Origin: Tubulanus polymorphus
Lineage: Eukaryota; Animalia; Nemertea
Direction: 5' to 3'
Assembly (NCBI RefSeq): GCF_964204645.1
Contig: NC_134026.1
Coordinates: 26,446,150 to 26,510,149 of the forward strand
DNA: 64,000 nucleotides
Position numbers and translations under genes: made by a program. Position 1 is the stretch's first letter. Every line of letters starts with the position of its first letter. Shown here in pieces: positions 41,641-55,300 of the stretch. Under the pieces are notes generated by a model, which saw nothing but the letters and a program-made list of their open reading frames with translations, was not told the DNA's origin and did not search any database.

Positions 41641-44600
41641 GTCTTAGGGCTGCTGCTCTATCAGTTATGGGTGGAAAAATTGCCCCCGAAAGTTGCGACA
41701 GGAGCTCGTGCTCCCACCTGGTTTCGCCCCTGGGGGTAATATTGCACAAGCTTGGTCGATGTTTTTTTCTCCGGCCACAGACACATAAACTGTTGGTTGA
41801 CAGTCATTTGGCCATTACGGTAATGTTGTAGGATGTTTCTCTAATCCAACTCATCTCACACTAGCATAACTCATTTTATGCAACTTGTGTCTCCCTAATG
41901 TGTGGTCCATTCAGCTCTCAGAGGCAAAAACACAGGTCTCATTACCAATCCTTTGAACGTCAAAAAAAGGATCTACGTTTTCTTTGAAGTATCACCAAAG
42001 ATTATGTCATGTATTTTTAGACACTATTTATTGAACATTGCACATGTCTGTGTAATAGACGGTGCTACAGGATTTCTTGAAATATGACACAAGAATGATT
42101 AGTTATAGATAAAAGCGCGTACATGGAGAAAGTTAATATCACTAACTGAGAGAATAAGCATTCATTCAGTTGGAAGGTTTTCTTAACAATACGAATATCT
42201 CTGAATATTATTGTCAAGGATTGATGCTGGTCACAAATCCTGAATAGCAAATTATGGTTATTTTCTTCAGTTTCTCGAAGATAAGAGATTGCATTAATGT
42301 CCCGGCGTAAAACTGTATATCGTAGCGATCTTTAAAATGCTGCAATGAAATCAATTATGACTGAGCGTGAGAATTGCACCCATTGACTCCTCTAACTTAG
42401 CTCTCGTTTCAACGTGGGGCACAAGATACCAAATGACATTAAATGAGCATTAGGTTTTATGACAATCTTTCGAAAGAGATGTTCTTAGAAGTGCATAGTT
42501 AGTCCCAAAGTTAGATCACGGAGAATGCGCCAGCTAATTATGATATATCTTCAAAGTAATCCGACAAGAAATGATCGGCAAAGATTAGTCACTGCAATAA
42601 ATATCGGCTTCATCCCCCCAATCAAATACAGCATTCATTAATTGAGCAAGGAATCGAAAATAGTCAAATCTAGTAGTATGACTCACTTTTTTATTATCTA
42701 TCGTGTTCATGATTTAATTTTCAAAAGAATGCGTACATTCGTCTATCTATTATTCGCAGATATTATCATCCTAAAACCGAGTTTTATCATGAAATTTCGT
42801 AGTTGCATTTATCGATACCGCATTTGAAACTGTTGATGTTCGTATGTATTGGATGGTTACTGACTAGGGTGAATCTACAGGTCCAACGTGATTTACTGTG
42901 GAACATTACGGCGACGTAGAGAATGATTTTTCCACTGCGCGCTTCCGTATTAACGGCCTGACTAACAGTGATTGTGTCGATGATATAGTAAATGTCTTAA
43001 CTCAACTATCATAGTTTATGTAAACGAAGTATCGGAATGGCAGTCACGCCGCAGCAAACCGGCTGGTCACAAATCCAAATACCATTCATCGACAGTACAA
43101 TCAAAGCCCAGCGAGAGAAAGAGAGAATCCTGAATGTCCATCCTCAGGTAATATCAGTGCAATGGACTGAAAACCAGCAAACCCATTTTCTCATTATTAA
43201 ATATTTAGCTAAGAGATTTGTGTCCACGCTACGTGAATGTCAGTGGATAACCTTTTTTCATGCAACCAAGCAAGCCATCACCGCAAACACATTACAGAAG
43301 ACTACATATACGTCAAAGCAGTTTTTCTGTTGCACATTTTCAGCTTTCACTTTTTTGTTTTTTGGATGACTGAGTAACTCATGGGTATATTTTCATTCTA
43401 AGAAAACTGGTCCGTTGGGACTGCAACAAAGAAAATGACTAAATCAATCGAAGTATTAAGATCAGTTGCCGATGTTTGAGCTTCGACATCTAAATGAAGA
43501 TTGATATTTCTCATAATATAATCAGCAGAAAGCACCTGCATGTGTCGAGATGATCGATTTGACTTGTTGCATTTTAACATTATTCCATTTGATGCGTGCA
43601 ACAAACTGGTTTCACTGGGCTGCCATGAAAATTAATAACTCGAAAAGTAATGGCATTCTTAAAAGCTTTTACAACAATTTACGACGTGAAAAAATGGCGT
43701 CATTCTAGTATGAAATATGACTCACGTTATTTTGATTCTTTTATATTGATATAAAAATGATATTTTGAATTTTTTAAACAGGACTCAAAATTGCAGTGAG
43801 ATAAAAATTTCTGTAATAATTGTGGATGAGTGGAAGATATTACGGGAATCATTTTCATATGAAATGAATTATGAAATCAGATATCAACACGGCATAAAAA
43901 GTTTATGTTTTGAATATCATCACGTTGATGGGCAATTATCAAGAATTGATCTGGCTCCATTGGGAAATTAACCTAATTCCGTTTTACCACTATTTCCACG
44001 TGCATTAAATCAAATCTGAATTTCAAGTTTGCCAATGCAATTCAAGGTATGACAGGTTTGGAAAAATCTACCAATGTAAGAATCACCACACAAAAGTTAT
44101 TTCCATCACAGCTGACTCAACACTTTTTGTTCAGTTCCGATGAAACTCTGTCAGAATTAGAATCAGATTTCAAACTAAAACCAAGGCTTTGGAATAGGGC
44201 AGTAGTATAGCTAAAAAATTACCATATATGCATAGCTTTGAAGAGGTGGTATAAATGCTGTTTCAGTTGTAGGAGCCAAAACTGTGAAATTTGTTAGGTA
44301 TACAATCAGATAGTATCACAAGGCCGAAAATAGTGCTACCAGTTCAAAAGGTAAGTTGTGATAACATTCGGAGTTAAACTTGCTGTGAGAGCTGTCAGCT
44401 TAGTATTGCTAGATTTCAATTAGTCTATTGGTGTAAGACATGGAAAGTCACTGGGAAAAAGTTGATTTTAAAGGACTACTATCTCACAAACTTGTATATC
44501 TACGCATGTACAAGGATATCCTCTTCAGGTTGTATTGCCAGCCTGCTAACTAATGCAAGTACAGCATGATGACACATATATTGACAAGAGCTATCAGTGG

Positions 44601-44987
44601 AAACTGATGAAATCTTCAGCAAGTATCCACAAGGAGTGGCTAATAAGTTTGCCGAGACATATCTGATTTAATGATCATTATAAACTGATGCTCGACAATG
44701 CTACATCGGTTATGAAGTTAATCATATGATCGGATGATTGGTCAAACTTATGGAAAATGTGACCAAACTAGCCATAGCCATTCCTTTAATTAATTCAACC
44801 GACTTCAATTGAAATGCTTTATTTACGAGCAGGATAACTGGACATGCTGGATGAATCAGCAAGATGAAACAAAATGCCATCAACATTATCACAGGAGAGC
44901 ACATCTCCCAAAACGGTATTAACAGCACCAGCAGATAAATGCGCAATAAAATTTTACACACAGTTGAGTGGTCGTCAACATTCTTAC

Positions 44988-45060
44988 CTCAAAGCGACCA
45001 TCAATGACCATAAATAACGCATCATTTCTTACCTGAAAGATACAAACATTGAAAAACACC
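44988..45060 (-). other. Candidate recursive splice site (ratchet point) with 45-nt cryptic/poison exon
   Basis: Minus strand gggtgtttttcaatgtttgtatctttcag|GTAAGA (junction 45033/45032), followed by a donor GAG|GTAAGA at 44988/44987. Confidence 0.55.
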
Positions 45061-48000
45061 CATAAATATTTATAATCGAGCTTATCTGAAACGATGCACC
45101 TTCAACAGCGAGCTATTGTTCACTTCAAAATTACATCTAAAAAAAAGTCAGCAAGAACACGTGAAATGCTAGTTTTAACAGTGAAATGGTGTTATCAAGT
45201 ACGTTTTCTGAAGCGTTCCAACCTATCATTATCCATTTCCAGAATTTCAGGACTAATCAAACATAAATTCAACCTCCAAATTGACAAAGTGTGTTAAAAT
45301 AGACCTGATGTTAGCTTGCAATGAACGTATCAAATATTCAGATAATATTCTCAAATCCAGCCATGGAATATATATTTGGAAAATGGCACAGGATAAAATT
45401 TCTAATTCGCAGTAAATTTGCGGCACTTTCTTTGGAAACTCTTCCACTCATCAACTATTCTTAGCAGTTAGCAAATTTTCTCATTAACTGCTTCATTCTT
45501 GACAAAACAAAGAATAAACCAAGTATTTCGATTAACAGATTCATTTAACATACCGAACTAACACCACAGGTCTGAGTGCTTCTTTACAGATTAGTTTTTC
45601 AAAGTCAATTCATTATTTCAACAGAAAGACAAGCACAGCAGTTTTTGCTAAACATTGCATAAGAAACGGGTTGAAAACACCTGCGCTTTGAAACCTCAGG
45701 TGCAAACCATAATTGAAAATTGCAAAAAAATAAATTCCTCGGATTGCGTTCAATGAAATCATGATGTCTTTGAAGTGTGATTATGTTACCAGAAAAGATT
45801 TCCAACACCTATTACAACAAAAAGATGCAGAGTTTTCGTATTTAGGGCTGCTACCAATTTTCATGATGACTCGAATGCCCTTATAATGACCCCTCCTTAT
45901 AGGCACGCAATTTCTTGTGAGAATGCGATGTTAATCTTCCACGTATTCTCAAGAGAAGGATGGTGCACAACCTCAGGCAAATTCCACGAGGAATAGCAAT
46001 CCAATTTGAAAATTGATGTTGAGTCTTGTTCTGTTTAAACAGTGTCATTCAACGGCTTAATACAACTGGACACTGTACCCAGCTCATAGGCTTAGGGAAT
46101 TCGAGCGGCTAGCACCAGATAATCATTTGGTAACGTTAAATATGGAAACTTGCCAGCCATTTTTCAGTGAAGTTATTTCACCGCTAAAAAATACACGCTC
46201 AATCAAATCCAATTTATTACTTCTGTGCAACAGCGAAGATGAGCAGGGCCCGTTACACAATCTGTGGATAGAAATCCCTAATTTCCTGCTACGAGTTTAA
46301 TAAGATGAACCGAGCGAGATCACAACGGAATCGAAGTCGGTAATACCCACCAGAAAATCGGCACCCTCGTGTATTCTTTGTACACACTAAGGCGCTAGGA
46401 ATAGCAGATACCTCGAGGGGGAATTCAGCAAAAAGACAGCTGCCTCGGTGAAATTCGTGTCGGTTATTGCTGAAGCAGAGTCAACACATCGCCATCACAG
46501 AAACAAGCCACGATATAACTGACATAAGAATGATGTCATATGAGGCTGTTATTTTCCGCTTCATTTCCACGGATATGACTACCAGAAGGTGGCAAACATG
46601 ATATAAAACTTATCGAAAAAAATCCTTTCAAATTTAAATAGTTCGATGCGAGCGAACTCCCCCGACGATGAACCACTCGGGTCATAAGGAGTCAATCATT
46701 GTATGGATATTATCAAGTCACTTAAATGATATTTGTATGCCATTTTTTGTCGGTTATCCTTTGAAATAAACTCTGAATGGGCAACGTTTTTACAAGATTA
46801 ATGGTGACATTGAATAACGAGTCGTTACTCTAGTTGATACTGATACATTCCAAAAAGTGCAGCCTGAATTTTCCGATCTGATGGATGGCCATCTAGATAT
46901 CGAGATAGATGCATACCGCGAACTTCCGAATGACAACTCGGCAAACATGAATAAATATATAGTGCGAGGGGAATATGACAACCATTTCCTAACTAGTAAA
47001 TCATAATACTAATGGCGAACATGCGTCAGGTAATCTCGATTTCTAGAATGACAACTAATCGCGTAATATAGTCTTAAAACCTTTTACTCGAGAAAGCCGA
47101 AGCCGGCTGATATATCGTAATTTCCACTGATTGATCATCATTGAATGGATTTATCAGTTGTAAAACTGAAGAAACCTCAAGCCACTGAAATCAACACTTG
47201 ATTTCTGATTGATATCATCATCAAAATTCGCACGAAGCCCCGACACATGCACACATGTTGTTAAATCACGGCCATTAAACATACGTCGTCGGTCCTCATC
47301 GTATCATACACATTCACTGACATTTTAATCCATCAAAATCTGCATTCAATAGATGATTTCTAGTCTCCGAAATGAATTTATACGACAGTATTGATACCGG
47401 CTGTTGTATAGAGAACGTTCCCGATGACTACATCACAAGTCTCGTATATCCATCCAGAAAACAAACATATAGTTTTCGACAATTGCATAAATAGATGTAT
47501 TTCCATTATGCTGCGATGCAAACCTGCGACAATCTGATGCTTGTAATCTGTTAATCTATCTTTTTATGAATTGATACGTCATTTTTCATGAACAGTAGCG
47601 AAGTTTTTTTTGGAACAAATTAGTAATGATTCACCTATTCATCACGACTATACATGATAAGCTTTAGCAAACAGAAACCGCACATCATCATCAGTTTTGT
47701 GAGAAATAAAAGCAATCTTATAATGGGCTTTTTCCTGAGGGAGACCCAAGAAGAGAAGCCCGTAATGCGAAATCATAAGAATAATTGTCTTCGTTGTTCA
47801 TAAAAACCATAGCAGCAATATGGTTATCGCTCATCACTGGAAGATAAATGTTTATTTGTTTCACATCAACTTCGATTAGATTGAACTTTGATGAAGCATT
47901 CGAAATCTTTTCATTACTTGTAGCAGGGAAGTGTGAGGAAAAATTTCATATGAGTTCTTGTACCATTTGAGAAGATAGTTTATTCTCTATTTTTAGAAAT

Positions 48001-49550
48001 ATGCGCTGCAGCTCAAGGCAAAGTAAGAAAGTTATAGATTATAAAAAGGAGTGCCTCTAGCAATATTGGGAAAATGTTTAGACATTTGGCTTAAAGTCAG
48101 TCCTAATATTGTTCATATGTGTAAATAGCAGTCAACATTTCAATTTGCCAAATTGTAAATTATGAACTTTTAAAGTGGCATTTCTTACATATTCAAATTT
48201 TATTACACCCGAGAATAACCAAACCATTAGACTTATACAATTGCGTTTCTTATTAGTATACTTCATGACTTAATTGATAAGTCCTTTGAGAACTGGATTC
48301 TGAGCGAGACTATTACCAAAGCAATAGATCTATTTTGAAATTTTCGCTTGACGCTACTCCCTAAAACAAAACCAGGATTGAATTCTCACTCGGTAAATGC
48401 TTTTATGGCAGCCATCTAAAAAATCTAATCGAGGATACACATAAAAAAGAAAATTGATACGTAACATGGTAAGATTGTGAAAGAGTTGCAGTGTGACACA
48501 GTGACAATCTTAAATTAATTTACAATGAGGAGATGTTAAACGCTATCAACTCAGTATACCGCACATGACAAATTCTTTTCAGAATCGAAAGCACGACATT
48601 GCGATATATCACGAGAGAAACATCTTCGATAATCAGAAGATAATTCAAAAATTACCAGCAAAATAGCGCTATTAATGTGTCAAAAAATGAGGGATTATGA
48701 AGCAATGGGGAGAATTTTCATCTACCAGTACTAGCCTGGCAATTTTCTTAATATGCAGAATGAGCCAAAATAAAACGCTTACATCAAAGTAAAACCTTCG
48801 TTCAAGGGTTTCAGACACGATCTGCATGTAATGAAACCTACCATTATGTCTCTAGTTGATTTTGAAAATTCGCCGAAAGCTGCACATAATCATTCGCACA
48901 GTCGTAAAAATAAGATGTCTCACTTTCCTCCTGGCACGAAATATAATCAAATGACATTCGACATATTTCGACAAAATGAAATGTTTGTAGGATCTGATGG
49001 AGATACAGTTCAGGCGCTGCTAAGCTTACAGCGATCATTTCATAAATTTGAGTGTCGACAATCTCAACGAAGTATTTAAATCTATTTCCCAAGGGAGCTT
49101 CTTGAAGGAACCGGCGCTCATGAAAAGCTTTCACACTTAAAAAAACATCCGTAATCACACAGAAATCATGATCAAAAGAAGGCAATTGTTGCCAGAAGGG
49201 CCTCGTGAGAGCTGAATTCACTAGGCAATCTTGAAGAATACTCCATAGCACTTGAAGAAGAAAAACTGCCATTTAGACGAATGAAGGAAGCGAAAAATTC
49301 GAGCAGCGAATAACTGTATTAAAAACGACTTCAGTCATTTTGCGTGAAACAACTGATTCAATTCCCAATGAAATGTCAAGCTTTGTCAACCACAAATGGA
49401 ATAACACAAATCATTGGCAAGGGAACAGTGCTGTAGATTAGACCTTTGATTGGAGTAATTTATGGAGTTCAAAGATACAACGGAAGTGGGCAGAAAAGGC
49501 ATGTTAATGCAAATGAGAATGATCCAAGTCAATTGCACGGATGCAATTCT

Positions 49551-49796
49551 ATGGCCGCGATCACACAAAGATGATTTGGCCTGGATTAGGCCTGAACCAA
49601 ATTTAGCCCGTGCCTAATAGATACATAACAATGCTCAAACAAAGCGAAGCGAGTCATTTCTGGAAGCAGTTGCAATCTACACGCAATGATTTGTCCCATG
49701 TGTTAAAATTTGGTCCGAACAGGCCCCATTTGGCATTTGTGTGAACAGTTGTGTGAACAGTTGTTGGGTCAAAATCGCTCGAGTCATTGCGGCTTA
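49551..49796. mobile_element. MITE-like element, same family as the 14.5-14.9 kb and 63.4-63.6 kb copies
   Basis: Imperfect TIRs ggccgcgatcacac ... gagtcattgcggctta. The left part aligns with the reverse complement of 63440-63606 (atgatttggcc.ggat.aggcc; gcccgtgcctaat; acacgcaat.atttg.ccc). Confidence 0.6.
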
Positions 49797-52172
49797 TCTA
49801 ACCATGTAGGTTTTGATGAATTCTGAAGATTATGACGATAGAATCTCAACATGAAAATCATGGGAGAATTAATGATTGAGTAATCAAAATCTCAATAGAA
49901 TACAATGAAGATGATCATGTAATAAAGGATGAGGAGAAACTTTTCCTGAGCTAAATAAACCCCTAACCAAGCCAAAGATACGTTCAATACTGAATCAAAT
50001 CACAATTCTGATCATTGTCTGATTATTGATTCATATGGATGGCAAACTCAGTTTGTAATCTTATTGTTGATATTTATTGGCAACCCTTCAGAGATTTATC
50101 GACATATATGTGGAATACAATCAGCAACCAGCAAAAGCAGAGTGTCGGTTATGAGAAGGCTTCATCAAAACCTTGAACCTAAGATGAAAAGCACAATTGG
50201 AAACTGAAATACAGATGATAGTAGAAGCAGGTATCGTTGAATTGAAAAATTCAGCTACATAGATGCACGGCTAGTAAAAACGATTTCTCAACATGCCGAT
50301 GGGATCTAACAGAGCAATTTTTGCAAGATTCAGGATAATTGCCTTTTTTCCATGTAGGCCTAAGCTGTAATTGGGTTTAATGTCAATGCCAAAATGCCGG
50401 ATGACCAAATCTGGATGGATCAGCTTAATTTACGGAATGAAGGAACTGCCCTTATCCTCCGTGGTGTATCTGGTCATCCATCAATAGGATGGACAACAAT
50501 GTCAGTGAAATCGGAGATTGGCCTTCCTCTATTACGTTGCTATCAACAATCCTGTCACAAGTGATAGGAAGTCAAGTAAACATGTCAATTATATCCATTA
50601 ATCAAATTCAGTCAAGCTACAGGTATTGCATATGTCACGGATGTAGGTAGAAAAAATATAATTGACGATCATCATTTGTCTAAATTGTAGATTAGAAAGT
50701 GAGGGGCAGAACTGTTATAGGGAATCCATTCACAACTCTTTTTTACACTAAGCGCATACTGCAAAAGGTGATTTCCATCCATGAAAACTTTGACAAGGCA
50801 CGACGCTGTGATGCGTACACCATTCATACGTCAGTCAGCTTACCAATGAGCTTATCTGTAGATTACAGTGAGTGTCACAGTTGAGTGACACTATTACGAC
50901 AAAAGCGGAGGCAACGTTAGGCATATCTCCTACCACATTTGAAATTCAAATGACACTCCATCTGATGCTACAAAAACTACTACAAAATCTACCCTGTGAC
51001 CTTTTTTAATATGTACGGTACTTGAATCTGTAGTAAATTATAAAGTACAATTTATTTTCCAATTAAAACCGAAAATCTGGCAGGACCGATATCATTACAT
51101 ATGTTATTGATAGAATTAATAACAAGCAATCGCAGAGGAACTTCACAAATTGCGTGACTTCAGGAGACTTCATTCATTACGCCAGTGCGTGCATAGTTCG
51201 CTCAATTAGGATGGTATATGATAGTGCTATTTTTCATTCCCTTCCAGCTCATTAGTGAATGCATGGTGTCCAGCTATTTCATATGGCTAACCAAGCCTTC
51301 CCTGACAATGACATAAGTGAACTCTGCTTTTAAGTTCCAAGGGCATTCTCAAGAATTTCTACAGGCACATTTGTCAGCAAGTCTGATAACGAAACAATTT
51401 CAAATGGAAAATTTCCTAAAATTAAACAAACAAAAAAAATTTGGATTTTTTAATTTCATAATTACGAAGAATGCTGAAATACTTCAAAGACCACCATAAC
51501 AAATTTCTTTAATATAACCCCAGTATGTTCAGGCTACAATTCCTCTGCACTCATTCACATTTTGACAATATGAGCTGGCTTAGCGTTACAAAATCTTGCA
51601 GCGCAGACATGTTAGATATTCAAACATTGCTGCTTCGAGAATATCAATGAGGAGGATTACAGTCTAAGAAAATGAGTTTAATAAAATCCCTGATTGGATG
51701 ATGTAGTAAAAAATAGCCTTGGCCTTTATACAGATGACACTTATCTGGAAAGTCAATAATGTGTTGAGATTGAAATTGAAAGTTGAAGCGAGTAATTTAT
51801 TCATTGCCTAAGTGAATGGTTTACACAAGATTGTGTCATGGGTCACAAAATTTCAAGCACTGCAATGTTTGTCTTACATTACTTAAGACGAGCGAGATCT
51901 AGAATCGACACAACCACCTTCAGATATGGTAACTACATTCAAAAACTATGGAATAAGGACTGCTCAAATAATCACAACTCATATTCGAAACATGTTTTCG
52001 TGTTTTTTGATCAATGTATAGACATGATTGTCTTGAAGATGAAAACCAGAACAATCAAGTCAACCCTACAAGATAGTACAAATGTTGATGCATTTCGAAT
52101 AAGCAAATTTCACATTTTCCGCAAATTAGGCAGTCTGCACCATGGATGAAAAACATTATCGTATCTTTTTGA

Positions 52173-52349
52173 AGCAGGTTTTTCTCAACGGCCCACTAAC
52201 CAAGATTTTTTGGCAATTTAAGGTCATTGGCTCGTAGAACATTAGTTATTCTGATGGAAATGCAGCAATTTCTATGCCACAAGTTGAATGCATAAACCAA
52301 AAAAATGTGCACTATAAATGGAAAGATATAACGCTTAGAAAAACCTGCT
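52173..52349. mobile_element. Short degenerate MITE-like element with 13-bp terminal inverted repeats
   Basis: agcaggtttttct (52173-52185) and agaaaaacctgct (52337-52349) are perfect inverted repeats. Confidence 0.4.
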
Positions 52350-55300
52350 GAAGAATAATAAAACTATCCATTATACCATCACCTCTCTACGCATACTGCT
52401 ATAGATGGTAAGTGACCAGTTCACTATTTATCAGATTCAAATATGAGATTTTTCATATACTGTGCACATCAAAGATTGGAATAATTAAAATAAACACAAT
52501 CAGTCTGTTGGCTACAGATCAGATGAACACAGTTATTGACAGAGGCGTGGGTAAGCAGATAATAAAAAATGAAAATCTGACAGGTGAACACACAATTATC
52601 ACGTTTCTAGAAGAGATTACAGCCAATGCCATTAATAATATTTCATTTCTGTATCGGTAATTGACCTGGAATGTCTGGCATATGCCACAATTATGAGGTT
52701 TTTGCGTGAATAAACAGCATGAATATCAGAAGAATAATACAAATTGTACAAAATGAAATAACGGTATTGTTTTGTCACCACAGGGCGATGAATTCCGATA
52801 AGTCATTTCATAAAATTGGTATTCATTTGTCACCATTCTCAGCCGATGCTTTTAAAAGGTATGCACTCGGAACGCCACTTGTTCGACGTTCATTGCGCTG
52901 ACCTTAAGCAAATACAGTCGGAAATAGCGACGGAAGAAGCATTTTCTTCCCTGATGGTTTTGTCCGCACTATCTTTGATTAAGTTATTGGAAATCAAGGC
53001 ATTCCGCAAGCACACAGTTAATTGACCAATTGGTGGAAACTGAACAAACTAATGCAATGAATGGCGGACAATAAAATAATATTCGTGAGGAGTACTGAGC
53101 TAAATGTGTTTCACTAGTGTTGTAGATGTATACAGTGTCCTTGAATACTAACCACTTTAACACTTGCGCATCATTTTACACTAACTCATATAAAAGGTTG
53201 GATTCATTTAAGCAGGACGTTCTTCCCACTCATACCAATAAGTGAATGAAGATAAGGAACAATCTCTAATTAAGAGTTTAGATTGATTGCGTGTCTTCGT
53301 CAAAGTACTGCTACAGTTATCCAACAAGCGTTCCTGGAGAAGACAATGACAGGCATGTGTTGAATTTAATTTTTCTTCACAGACACTTTGTCTGAGTAGT
53401 GAATTTTTACATAAAATTAAGCGAAAGATGAAAATTTTATGCATAAAATCTTTGTCGCCCAACTTAACGCTTTACTTGTCGATGCGATGATCTAATCGAA
53501 AAATCTATAGAAGTATCTCGCGAAATCTTATAGCGTTATCATTTCCATCGTCATGCTTCGACGATATAAGTATGTATGAGCTGGTTTTAATATGGAGCAT
53601 TTACCCGAAGAACATCACGCAGATCAATATAATATGGGCGCTTATTGCGAAAATGAGACTTGTACAAAATCTACTGAATAAATAGCCAGGGTTGAGCTGT
53701 ATAGAGCCAGCGGCGAGGATTGACAGGTAGTAAGTGATATGATGATGCCGGCTATGATGCAACTCAATAATCTCTGGTCAGATACGCATATATCCTCTGA
53801 TAAAATCAATGAAATTTGCAATGCACACATTCATAAGGCCGAGCGTAAGAATCAAGAAGTGGAAAATTCATCGGGAGCTATAATCAACGATTGAATCTTA
53901 ATTACATTTGACATTTCGTTTTTTTTCACTATTCACGCAATTCTCTTCAACGGAATCTTGTCAACCAGCGGGATAAAATCTTGCGACAGCGATCAATGGT
54001 GAAACCTGAGACAGGTTGTCGGATTATCAGCCAAACAATCAACACAAGCCTTAATGGCTCTGTCAGAGTCCGGGGCAAGTTCAGAAGAAAACATCTCAAG
54101 CTGACAATGGTAAATATCCCCTGTGACCATTAACACTGGTGAAATTGTTCCTTCAGTAACAGCTGTCATGGCATCACAGACATTTCAAGCTTAACTTTCA
54201 TTGTTCACAATATATATTGATCAAATTCTCAACTTTTTAATCGCTAAATTCATTATTGTGATGTGGAGCACTATTTGCAAACAACGAGGAAGTATCTGAA
54301 GGGATGCAACAGATGGAATAAACATCAAGTCAAAATGTCTCTAAATATTTGAAACCCGAGACAATTGTTTGAGATACCTGATTACACTAATTGGTTGTAT
54401 AGAATTTAAGATGCCTTCCTCAGAATTACGAGCGATATTCCAAGTTCTCTCACACAACAAACTTATTGGAACTATAGATGATTAATTTCTCCTCGATGAT
54501 GCGTAGGAGCAAAAAACACTGGAATCATAGAAAATAAACAGCGACTGTCACACGTCAGTATGAATATATCGACTGGAGACATGGCAAATGAAACCGTACA
54601 CATGATTTACTTTCATTGTCCAATATATAGCAGTTAATAATATCACTGACATCATCATCTCAACAGTCAATCATATCTTCATATCACTGGTTATTTGACT
54701 AATAAAAAAAGCCATATTCAATATTCCACCCACTGGTACATGATTACAATGGGATACAGAGTGATCATAGAACGCAGTGGTCAGTTATACGCTATCCTAT
54801 AAAATGACTGACAACATACCATGGTAAACATCAGTGAAGATATTATTTATTGCACCGAGATCATCATCAATCATTCACCATTCAGTTAAGAAATGCATCC
54901 ATCAGATTTTAGCAATGAATTCATGAAATATAGAGAAAGGAGACGCGGAAATGGATAAGAGTCTGCAACGAGAATTTGACGTGTCCGAATAAACATATTC
55001 ACTTCATCAAGAGGGATTAAAAGTGCCACAGGTTCATGACTGTGAAAATACAGAACATACAGAAATAAGACTGGCAAAAAACTTTGTATCATTTGTCTTC
55101 TGTGAAACCAACATTTTGGGAACATTCACTTTCATGTGAGGCGTGCGAAGCAATCAAACATCGTATTACAAAAGTGGTGTATACATCATTATAGCTACAC
55201 TCATTAGAACGCCTGTTTGATTGATGTGGTTTGTAAAAGTCATTTGATTGTCATCAGGTTGCACAGGTGCTTCTGCGAGGCAGCAAAAATCAAGATTGAT

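Noticed and set aside
48831-49272. 142-aa minus-strand and 82-aa plus-strand ORFs
   Set aside because: No recognisable family, no SAC2 similarity, and no clear splice sites.
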